Shown in pieces: positions 1 through 9,351 of a stretch of DNA of 64,000 bases. The number at the start of each line of letters is the position of its first letter. The first letter of the stretch is position 1. The stretch is taken from NCBI GenBank assembly GCA_963779415.1, contig CAVZYA010000003.1, forward strand, positions 224,001 to 288,000, written 5' to 3'. A model generated the notes under the pieces. It saw only the letters and a list, made by a program, of their open reading frames with translations. It made no database searches and was not told where the DNA came from. This DNA is from an uncultured Acidobacteriota bacterium. Its GTDB lineage: Bacteria; Acidobacteriota; Thermoanaerobaculia; UBA5066. The position numbers were made by a program, and so were the translations under genes.

Positions 1-279
1 GTTGAAGGTGGGATGGGGCCCGCCCATGATCGAGACGATCCGGTCGCCCCACGCCTCGCGCACCTCGCGGTTGACCTTGAAGAAGGTGTTGCTCTCCCCC
101 GTCTTGGCGCTGTACGCGACGATGTCGGGACGGATCGTCCGGAGGTCCCGGTCGAGGTCCGCGTGCTCGAGGACGTTCAGGAAGGTCTCGTGCCCTTCCT
201 CCTTCGCCAGCGCCGACAGAAGCTGGATGTTCAGCGGGTCGATATTCTCTTCCCGGATCATCACGAACAGGATCTTCAT
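1..279 (-). CDS. Cobalamin-binding domain protein, probably a B12-dependent radical SAM enzyme (5' part; runs off the window)
   Basis: Manual translation from ATG at 279: MKILFVMIREENIDPLNIQLLSALAKEEGHETF...PDIVAYSAKTG...IMGGPHPTFN. The GGPHPT motif is typical of B12-binding domains of class B radical SAM proteins. Not in the ORF track. Confidence 0.8.
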   Translation of the reverse strand, partial: MKILFVMIREENIDPLNIQLLSALAKEEGHETFLNVLEHADLDRDLRTIRPDIVAYSAKTGESNTFFKVNREVREAWGDRIVSIMGGPHPTFN

Positions 280-392
280 CGGTAGGCTCCCGGCGACCGC
301 GCCCCATTCTTGAGACGCTCTCTCACTATACACGCCCCTCTCCGACACCATGGGCCCGTCCGGCCCGACGAGCGTCGGCTATTCTCTCGCGG

Positions 393-1374
393 TTGGACCC
401 GAACGCCCCCCGGCCCCGCCGGACCGTCTCCCGCCTCCTCGCGCTTGCCGCCTTCGCCGCCATCGCACTCTTCGCCGTGGCCGCGGTCCGGAGCGCGCCG
501 GAAGGGACGTTTTCCCGGCTCCGGACGGCCGATCCGCTTCTCCTCGCGGCGGGCTCCGTGGCATACGGAGGCGCCTTCTTCTTCCGGGGCGCCCGTCTGA
601 ACTTCCTCCTTCCCGCCGAGACCCGTATCTCCGCGACGAGGGCGTGGTCTCTTTCCGCGGCGTCTCTTTTTCTCGTCCAGGTGCTTCCGCTCCGCGGGGG
701 CGAGATCGGGACGTGGGCGGCGATCCGGGCCGCGCTCGGGACCGGCTGGCTCCGATCCGGGGCCGTCTTCCTGACGGCAAAGCTCGTCGACAGCGCCGTC
801 CTCGTCCTCATCGGCCTCGCCGGGGGCGCCTCAGCGCTCGCCGCCGGGCGCGCCCCGGCCCTGAGCCTCGCGGCCGGCGGGGCGGCCGCCGCGGGGGCCG
901 TCCTGCTTCTTCTCGCTCCGCGCCTCGCGGGGAAGGCGGCCGGGCGCCTCGCGGCGCGCTTCCCGGAAGGGTCGCGCCGGGCGCGCTTTTCCCGCGAGAT
1001 CTGCCGAGGCGCTCGGGGTCGCGCACGACCATCCCGGCCGCTATCTCGCGGCGGTCGCCGCCGCGGCGGCCTGCGCGTCGATCCAGGTCGCCGCGCTTTC
1101 CCTGATGCTCCACGGCCTCGGAATCGATGTCTCCCCTGCCGGCGTGGCCGTGGCGCTCCTCATCTCGGCCCTCGCCTCCTCGTCGATCCCCTCGCCCGTC
1201 GGCAACTTCGGTCCGACGGAGACAGGTTTCACCGCGGGACTCGCCCTCGCCGGCGTCCCGCTCCCCGTCGGCCTCGTCGCGGCGGGGCTTCTCCACCTTC
1301 TCGCGGCGCTCGCGTGCGGCGCCGCCGGCCTTCCGTTCTTCGTCCGCCACGGCACGGCGGTTTTCTCGGCGTGA
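393..1374 (+). CDS. Lysylphosphatidylglycerol synthase TM-domain / UPF0104 flippase-like membrane protein (frameshifted near 1000-1050)
   Basis: Hydrophobic helices. FRGARLNFLL and VLPLRGGEI in ORF 393+, IPSPVGNFGPTE in ORF 1105..1374; these match the family's P..GE and P.PGG.G..E patterns. Confidence 0.7.
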
Positions 1375-1439
1375 AGCGTTCGCTTCATTTCCTCTCGCGC
1401 CCGGGCGCGATACCGTTCCGAACTCGACAAGGAGGTCCG

Positions 1440-3503
1440 ATGCGTCGCTCTCTCTTCTCGCCATCCTCGCCGTTCCAGCTCTCCTCACGGTCGTCGTGGC
1501 GCTGACCGCCCGTCGCCGCGGGCCCCGCCCGGGCGCCCGGCAAGGCCGATCGACTCCGCCAACTTCGACACGGCCGCGCTCCGTGCGCCGACTTCTACCA
1601 GTACGCGGACGGCGGCTGGCTGAAGGCGAACCCGATCCCGGCCGACAAGGGGCGCTTGGGGCTCGTTCGAGGAGGTCGTGGAGCGGAACCGCGCCATCGA
1701 GAAGACGATCCTCGAGGAGACCTCCGCGAAGACCGACTGGCCGAAGGGAAGCGTCCGGCAGAAGGTGGGCGACTTCTACGCCGCCGGAATGGACGAGGCG
1801 GCGATCGAGAAGGACGGCACGAAGTTTCTCGCCCCCTGGCTCGAAAAAGTGGACGCGCTCTCCTCGGCCGCCGACCTCCCGAAGCTTCTCGCCGAGCTCC
1901 ACTCCCGGCGCCTGCCGGCGGGCTTCGGCCTCTACATCGCGCAGGACCAGAAGGAGTCGACCCGGTACATCCCCATCCTGGGGCAGGGGGGCCTCGGCCT
2001 TCCCGATCGGGACTACTACCTCAAGGAGGACCCGAAGTCGAGGGAGATCCGCGAGCAGTACGCCGCGCACGTCGCACGGATGTTCGCTCTTCTCGGGGAC
2101 CCCTCCGACGCCGCGAGAGCGGAGGCGGACGCCGTCTTCGCATTCGAAACGAAGCTCGCGAGGGCCTCGCGGACGCGCGTCGAGCTGCGCGACCCGCAGA
2201 AGAACTACAACAAGCGGAGCCTCGCCGATCTCGCGAAGGAGGCGCCCGGCTTCGACTGGAAGGCGTACCTCGTCGCGGTCGGGATCCCGGAAGGGCAGGA
2301 GCTGAACGTCCGGCAGCCCGACTTCTTCAGGGCGTACGCGGAGATGGCCTCCGCAGAGCCGCTCTCCACCTGGAAGACCTATCTGAAGTGGCACATCCTC
2401 CACGGCTCGGCAACCCTTCTTCCGAAGCGGTTCGACGAGGAGAACTTCGACTTCTACGGCCGGACCCTGCGCGGCGTCCCGCAGCAGGAGGAGAGGTGGA
2501 AGCGCGTCCTCGCGGCGACCGACCAGGCGATCGGGGAGGCGCTGGGGCAGCTCTACGTCGAGAAGGCCTTCAGCCCGAAGTCGAAGGAGCGGATGATCGT
2601 CCTCGTCGAGAACCTGCGCGCCGCCCTGAAGGACCGGATCGAGGCGCTTCCCTGGATGGGGCCCGAGACGAAGAAGGCCGCCCTCAGGAAGCTCGCCGCC
2701 TTCGGCGTGAAGATCGGCTACCCCGACAAGTGGCGCGACTATTCCGCTCTCGAGATCACGCGCACCTCCTATTTCGAGAACGTTCTCCGCGCGCACGCCT
2801 TCGAGACGAAGCGGAACCTGGCGAAGCTGGGCAAGCCGATCGACAGGACCGAGTGGGGGATGACGCCCGCCACCGTCAACGCCTACTACAGCCCGACGAT
2901 GAACGAGATCGTCTTCCCGGCGGGAATCCTCCAGCCGCCGTTCTTCTACGCCGACGCGGACGACGCCGTGAACTACGGCGGCGATCGGCGGCGTCATCGG
3001 GCACGAGATGTCGCACGGCTTCGACGACTCCGGGAGCCAGTACGACGCCGACGGGAACCTGAAGAACTGGTGGAGCGGAGAGGACCGGAAGGCGTACGAA
3101 GTCGCGGACCGCCCTCATGGTGAAGCAGTTCGACGGCTACAAGCCCCTTCCCGACCAGGCGATCAACGGGAAGCTGACGCTCGGCGAGAACATCGGCGAC
3201 CTCGGCGGACTGAAGATCGCGTATGCCGCGCTCGCGAAGGCTCTCGGAAAGGATCCGGTCACGGCCGCGCCAATCGACGGGTTTACTCCCGCCCAGCGCT
3301 TCTTCCTCAACTGGGCGACCGTCTGGCGGAACCAGATCCGCGACGACACGCTCCGCGTCAACCTGAACACCGATCCGCACTCGCCGGGACGCTTCCGGGT
3401 CCTCGGGCCGCTCTCGAACCTCCCGGAGTTCCAGGCCGCCTTCGGCTGCGGGGCGGGGACCGCCATGAACCGCCCCGAGGCGGAACGTCCGAGCATCTGG
3501 TAG
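1440..3503 (+). CDS. M13 family metallopeptidase (PepO/neprilysin-like), exported; several frameshifts
   Basis: AGGAGG RBS before ATG 1440. [35 protein letters not shown] (HExxH) and GENIGD motifs are spread over ORFs 1678..3123, 3008.. and 3117..3503. Confidence 0.93.
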
Positions 3504-3507
3504 CGGC

Positions 3508-4969
3508 GTGACGCTCCTTCTCCGCTGGGGCCGCCGGCTCGCCGTCGCCGCCGTCCTCGTCTGGGCGACGCTCGTCGTCGGCGGGGCGTTCGGCGCCCGC
3601 TCCCGCCTCCCCGACCTGAAGCCGTGGCACCGGCTCGTCCCGAAGGCCGAACTGAGAGCCTCCGACCTCGGGGAGACGGCGACGCTCGCGGACTATCTTA
3701 AGCGCGAGGACGAGACCTTCGCCGAGGTCAAGACGCGAAATCGGGGCACGGCTCACGCCGGCGGACCGCGTCGTCTCGAACCGCTACTTCGACGGGAGCC
3801 CGCTCGACCCCGACAACGCGGCGAAGAACTGGAACCGGACCTTCGAGCTGGTCCCGGAGACGATTCGCGGCGGCGTCCTCCTCGTCCACGGCCTCACGGA
3901 CTCGCCCTACAGCGTCCGGGCGCTGGCCGAGATCTACCGGGCGAACGGCTTCTATGCCCTCGCTCTCCGGATGCCGGGACACGGCACCGTGCCGGGGGCG
4001 CTGACCGAGGCGACGTGGGAGGACTGGCTCGCGGCGGTGAAGCTCGGCGCGCGGCACGTCCGGTCGCGGATCGGCGAGAAGGCGCCGCTTCACCTCGTCG
4101 GCTACTCGAACGGCGGGGCGCTCGTCCTCTCGCACGCCCTCGAGGCGCTCGACGATCCGAAGCTTCCGAAAGCCGACCGCCTCGTCCTCCTCTCGCCGAT
4201 GATCGGCGTCACCCCGTTCGCCGCCCTCGCGCGGACGGTCGGCCGGCTCGGCGTCTTCCCGTACTTCGAGAAGGCGAAGTGGACCGACGTCCTCCCCGAG
4301 TACAACCCGTACAAGTACAACTCCTTCCCCGCGAACGCCGGATGGCAGACGTGGAAGCTGACCTCCCGGCTCGAGGGACGGCTGAAGAGGCTGGCGGAGG
4401 CGGGACGCGCGGGCGAGATCCCGAAGGTTCTGACCTTCCAGTCACTCGTCGACGCGACGGTCTCGACCCCCGCCATCCTAGACCGGCTCTATTCGCGCCT
4501 CACGAAGGAAGGGAGCGAGCTCGTCCTCTTCGACGTGAGCCGGACCTCGAACCTGAAGCCCTTCCTGAAGCCCGACGGCGACGCGCTCCTCTCCCGAATC
4601 GCCGGCGACAAGGGCCGGAGGTACGTTCTGACCGTCGTCACGAACGAGTCTCCCGATACCCGCGAGGTCGCCGCGAAGAGCTACGTGCCCGGGGCGGCCG
4701 AGCCGGACGTGAAGCCCCTCGGCCTCTCCTGGCCCGCCGACGTCTACTCCCTCTCCCACATCGCCCTCCCCTTCCGGCCCGACGACCCCCTCTTCGGGAT
4801 CGATCCGGCGCTCGCCGGGACGGGCGGGTTCCACCTCGGCCTCCTCGCGCCGCGCGGCGAGAAGTCGATCCTCGTCGTCCCCGAGGAGGTCCTGATGCGG
4901 ATCTCCTCGAACCCGTTCTTTCCTTTCGTCGAGTCCCGGGTTCGCGAGGCCATCCTGCCCGCGAACTGA
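3508..4969 (+). CDS. Membrane-anchored alpha/beta hydrolase (frameshift near 3735)
   Basis: N-terminal TM segment; [10 protein letters not shown] oxyanion motif, GYSNG nucleophile elbow and SLSHIALP catalytic His region. Confidence 0.85.
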
Positions 4970-4998
4970 CGCGCGACCGCCCCTCACTTCCTGACCGC

Positions 4999-6676
4999 TC
5001 AGCCTCCTCGCCCCGCCCGCTCGAGGAGCTGGTCCGCCGTCCGGAGGGCCAGAGCCGTTATGGTGAGGGAGGGCGAATCCCCCGCTCCCGCTCGAAGGGA
5101 CGAGCGATCCGTCGGCGAACGCCAGATTCGGGATCTCATGGCAGAAGCCGTCGGCGCCGGAGACCGAATCCGCCGGGCCAGTCCCCATCCGGCACGTCCC
5201 GAGGACGTGTGCGGTCAGAAAGCGATCGAGGGAGGAGTATTCCTCCAACGTCTCGGCTCCGGCGGCCGAAAGGAGCGCCCGCCCCCGCTCCACCATCTCT
5301 CTGAGAAGTCGCTTCTCGTTCTCTCCGAGGCGCGACGTGATGCGTGCCACGGGGAGCCCCTGCGCGTCCGTGAGGGACGGATCCAGATCGACGAGCGTCC
5401 CCGGGTTCGGCAGCCAGTCGCCGATTCCGAGGAGGCCGACGGCGCGCCCGAAGACTTCCGCCATCCGATTCTGGTGTTCCAGCCCGAAGCCCGGGACGAG
5501 CCTTCCTGCGTAAGCCGCCGGGCCGCGCAGCCCGGCCGCGCCGTGGGCCGTGGAGAGTCGGAAACCCCCGACCGCGCCGCTTCTTCGGAGGCTCGGGACC
5601 GACTCGTCCCAGGCCGTCCCGTCGATCGGGACGCCCCGGTGCGAGTCGACCCTTTCCGGCAGGAGAGCCGTGCTCTGCCAGAGAAGCGTCTCGGTCAGAT
5701 TCAAACCGACCTGACCGGAGCCGTTCGCGAGGCCCTGCGGGAAGAGTCTCGACCTGGAGAGCAGTAGGAGCCTCGGCGTCTCGACGGCGCCTCCCGCGAG
5801 AACGACGAACCTCGCTTCGAGCCTCTGAAGCGTTCCCTCCCGGTCCATGAAGACGACGCCGGATGCGCGGCCCTTTCCGTCGACCTCGATCCGCGTGGCC
5901 GCGCTCTCGGTTCGAAGCTCCAGCCGACCCGTCCGGAGCGCTTCCGGCAGGAAGGTCACGTCGGCGCTTCCCTTGTCGCCGATGGGGCACCCCTCGGTGC
6001 ACGAGTTGCAGTAATTGCATGCCGGCCGCCCCTCGAAGGGCTCGGAGAGGATCGCGAGCGAATTGGGGACGAGCGTCAGCCCGACGGCCGAGAATGCCTT
6101 CGAGAGTCGGGTGCTGGCATACGAGAGCCGGTGAGCGGGGAAAGGTGGAGCGTTCGCTCGCGGCCGGCAGCGGATTTCCATGGGCGCCGCCACCCCCATA
6201 CGCCGTTCGGCGAGTTCGTAGTACGGCTCGAGATCCTGATACGAGATGGGCCAGTCGACGCCCGCGCCGAGAAGCGAGGACATTCTCAGGGAGTCGGGGT
6301 GATACCGGTGCGCCTCTCCCTGGAAGCGAAGCGTGCTTCCCCCGACGCCCCGGACGTGCGCGTACTGAAGGTAGAGCCGCCGGTTCCCGCGCTGCCGACC
6401 CGCCACGAGGTCGTGAGAGCGGTAATCGTCCCAGCCCGCGTCGATCTCCTGGGCGGGCCCGAAGCCGTGGCGGGGCTTGCCGCGCTCGTCTGAGTCGGGG
6501 TCGAAAGGAAAACCGCGGATCTCGAAATCGGGCGACGTCTGCGGGTAGTCGCGTTCGGGCCGGTACCGCCTTCCCGCCTCCAGGAGCGTGACGCGCATCC
6601 CCCGGGTCGTCAGCCGCCAGGCCGCCGCGAGGCCGCCCGCGCCGGCGCCGACGACGATGACGTCCGTCTCAGACAC
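4999..6676 (-). CDS. GMC family flavoprotein oxidoreductase with Fe-S motif (frameshift near 5085)
   Basis: GTG start, DVIVVGAGAGG FAD motif, RGVGGST, CNYCNSCTEGCP, HVLGTCRMG. The C-terminus PSLTITALALRTAD follows a frame change, with TGA at 4999-5001. Confidence 0.92.
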
Positions 6677-7850
6677 CGGGCTTCTCGGCGAAGTCCGGAT
6701 AGCCCTCCGGCTGCGGGGCGTGCGTGAACCCCACGACTTTCCAGGCTGCCGGGCTTGCGTAATGGATCTCCATCGCCCGGTTCCGGACGCTCTCATAGAA
6801 GAAGCGCGGAAGAGTTCCTTCCCCGGCGCGGGCGATCTCTCGCACGAGATCGGCGCGCCTCGCAGGGTCGAGCTCGCGAAACGACGGCGACCCGGCGCGC
6901 TTCGCGCCGCGATCGAGGAGCTCGACGCCTTCGACGAGCGCCCGCCGCGTCTGGCGCCGCTCCTCCAGTTCGGGCAGAAGCTTCGGAAGGACTCCCGTCG
7001 CCCGATGCCCCGGGAACCGGCCGTCGGGGATCAGCGTGTCCAGAAAGGCTTCCAGCGTCCTCTGCCCCGAAGCGTCCAGTCGCCCCGGGAGAAAGACCCT
7101 CTTGAGGATCCAGGCTCCGACGGCGAACGCGGCCGTTCCCAGGAGACCCTGGAGCAGGTCGCGGCGCGACCATCCGGAGGACGCGGCCGGCTCGGAACGT
7201 GGAGCCACGCCGCCCGAGACGACGAGAAGAAGGGCGACGAGGAAGACGCCGCCGGCGCATCCCGCGACGAACAGCGCCCAGGCCGCCGGGGAGCCGAGCG
7301 AAGCGGCCCGCGCCGCGACCTTCGCCACGTCGTCTCCGCGCAGGTCGAACGCCGAGGAGAATCCCGCGACCCGGGCCAGCCTCGTGATCGGGATGGACGC
7401 GGCTTCGTACGCGTCTCCCGTCAGCGACGCGACGGGCTGGAGCGCCGCCGCGAGGGCTGCTCCGAAGAAGACCGCGCTCCTCGCTCGGGCGGCTCGACGC
7501 GCCAGCGCGGCCCCGATCGTGGCCAGGAGAACGTGAGGGAGGGCGACGGTCACGAAGTAGGACACGTCCCCGGCGGGAGCGAATCCGGAGAGCCGTCCCG
7601 CGTACTCTCCCCCCGCCGAGATCCACGAAAAGTGCCGCTCGAGGAGCCGTCCTCCGAAGGCAGGTGAGATCTCGAGGCGAGTGACGGAGCCCCCCGTCGC
7701 AGCGCACCCCGCCACATGGAGCAGCTCGTGGACGGGGACGAGAATCCAGAGGCTCGCGACGAATCCGGCGAGGAGCCACGCGAGTCGCAACGCCCTGTTC
7801 TGGAGGACGGCGCCCAGCGCCGAAAGCTGGTCTTCGAGAGTTCTCTTCAG
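6669..7850 (-). CDS. Fusion of a HExxH polytopic membrane (M50-like metalloprotease) domain and a gluconate 2-dehydrogenase subunit 3-like domain
   Basis: PVHELLHVAG in the first TM, a later LTGDAYE, about 4 TMs, then SRRDLL + hydrophobic segment, TLEAFLDTLIP...PG and HYASPAAWKVVGF (subunit 3 pattern). The probable start is CTG 7850, overlapping the upstream TGA; the start is uncertain. Confidence 0.65.
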   Translation of the reverse strand: MKRTLEDQLSALGAVLQNRALRLAWLLAGFVASLWILVPVHELLHVAGCAATGGSVTRLEISPAFGGRLLERHFSWISAGGEYAGRLSGFAPAGDVSYFVTVALPHVLLATIGAALARRAARARSAVFFGAALAAALQPVASLTGDAYEAASIPITRLARVAGFSSAFDLRGDDVAKVAARAASLGSPAAWALFVAGCAGGVFLVALLLVVSGGVAPRSEPAASSGWSRRDLLQGLLGTAAFAVGAWILKRVFLPGRLDASGQRTLEAFLDTLIPDGRFPGHRATGVLPKLLPELEERRQTRRALVEGVELLDRGAKRAGSPSFRELDPARRADLVREIARAGEGTLPRFFYESVRNRAMEIHYASPAAWKVVGFTHAPQPEGYPDFAEKPGV

Positions 7851-8020
7851 CGTTTCTTGCGTCGGATCGCGACCACGCCCGCCCCCATCAGCGCGAGCCC
7901 AAGGGTGATCAGCCCCGCCTCGCCGAGCGCCGGAATCCGATCCGCACGGGGCACGCCCGCCCACGACACGCCTGGCAGCAGGACGATCACGAGCAGCGCC
8001 AGCTTCACAGCCTTCTTCAT
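7847..8020 (-). CDS. 57-aa microprotein: signal peptide + IPTL-CTERM-like sorting signal
   Basis: MKKAVKLALLVIVLLPGVSWA-GVPRADR-IPALGEAGLITLGLALMGAGVVAIRRKKR*. AAGGGGGG RBS upstream. Below the ORF-track length cutoff. Confidence 0.8.
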   Translation of the reverse strand: MKKAVKLALLVIVLLPGVSWAGVPRADRIPALGEAGLITLGLALMGAGVVAIRRKKR

Positions 8021-8131
8021 GTCGGTCCCCCCTTTTCGGGGAGACTATCGTGAACGGGACCTCTCCGACAACGCGAGAAGTTCCGTTCCCGGAGAATCCC
8101 GGCCCACATCAGGAATGACCTGACCTGGCCA

Positions 8132-8839
8132 TCAGCTTTTCGGGGACCAGCGCTTGGTCCGGCCGAGGACGCCCTTGATCAGCCACGGAAGCACGGCCAG
8201 AAGCGCCAGAACGCCGACGAGCGGAAGGGACCAGAGATCGGCCGGGTTCTCGACCTCCCCGAGATGAGTCCCCGCGTAGACGTAGAGCAGATAGCGGGGC
8301 AGGAGCCCGAGGAGGGAGTAGACGAGGAACGGCACGAAACGGACCGGGCTGATCGCCAGGATCACGTTCGTCACGGAGAACGGAATCACGGGGAGCAGCC
8401 GCAGCGTCAGGATGAAGTAGGAACCCTCCCGCTCCAGCCCCTCCAGCAGGTGGGGAAACCGGCGCCGCATCCTCTCTTCGACGAGATCCCATAGCAGATA
8501 GCGAAACGAGACGAACGCCACCGCGGAGGCCAGCGTGCTTCCCACGGCCACCAGCAGCAGCCCCTCCCGGAAGCCGAACAGAAGCCCGGCGGAGAGATTC
8601 ATGACCGTGCTGCCGGGCAGGCCGAAGAGTCCGAGAACCAGGTAAGCAGCCATCCAGACGCCCGGCGCCATGAGCGGACGGGCGTCCGCCCACTCGATCA
8701 GGGCGTCCTTGTGCGCCACGAGGTTGTCGAAAGTCAGGAGGCGGAGGCCCCCTGCGAGAAGGAACGCCACCCCGCCGGCCACGATCAGCACCAGCATCAG
8801 CAGGCGAAGCGGAGTCAATTCAGGCCATGGCGGCTTCAT
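8132..8839 (-). CDS. TVP38/TMEM64 (VTT/DedA) family membrane protein
   Basis: LPGSTVMNLSAGLLFG, LRLLPVIPFSVTN and SLLGLLP family motifs. Confidence 0.92.
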   Translation of the reverse strand: MKPPWPELTPLRLLMLVLIVAGGVAFLLAGGLRLLTFDNLVAHKDALIEWADARPLMAPGVWMAAYLVLGLFGLPGSTVMNLSAGLLFGFREGLLLVAVGSTLASAVAFVSFRYLLWDLVEERMRRRFPHLLEGLEREGSYFILTLRLLPVIPFSVTNVILAISPVRFVPFLVYSLLGLLPRYLLYVYAGTHLGEVENPADLWSLPLVGVLALLAVLPWLIKGVLGRTKRWSPKS

Positions 8840-8949
8840 GGGAGGGCTCGAGACGCACGTCCTTTTTGAAGGCTGGGCTCAGGTCTTGCACCTGTAGTCT
8901 GTCGAGTCGCCGAAGTCAGGCTTCGGTTCGAAACCATTCAATTCTTTCC

Positions 8950-9333
8950 TCAGGAACCCTTCACCTCCCCGATCGCGCTGATCTCGATGAGCGCGCCGTG
9001 GTGGAGCGGGACGGTGGGGACGACGGCGCGGGCGGGCTTGTGGGGGCCCATCACCTCGGCGTACGCCGCGTTGACGCGCCCCCAGAGGGAGATGTCCGCG
9101 ACGTAGATCGTCACGCTTACGAGGCGATCGAGGCCGCTCCCCGCGGCGACGAGAATCGCCTCGACGTTCCGGAGCGCCCGCTCCGTCTGCTCTTCGATCG
9201 AATGCGGGAGGAAGCCGGGGCGCTCCGGATCCCACGGGAGCTGCCCCGCGACGAAGACGAATCCCCCCGCGACGATCCCCTGCGAGTAGTGGCCGGCCGG
9301 CTTCGGGGCGTCCTTCGTCTCGACGACTTTCAC
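8950..9333 (-). CDS. RidA/YjgF family enamine/imine deaminase
   Basis: APKPAGHYSQG, FVAGQLP, PARAVV (catalytic Arg) and LIEISAI. Confidence 0.93.
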   Translation of the reverse strand: MKVVETKDAPKPAGHYSQGIVAGGFVFVAGQLPWDPERPGFLPHSIEEQTERALRNVEAILVAAGSGLDRLVSVTIYVADISLWGRVNAAYAEVMGPHKPARAVVPTVPLHHGALIEISAIGEVKGS

Positions 9334-9351
9334 GGCCTGCCTCCCCCCGGC

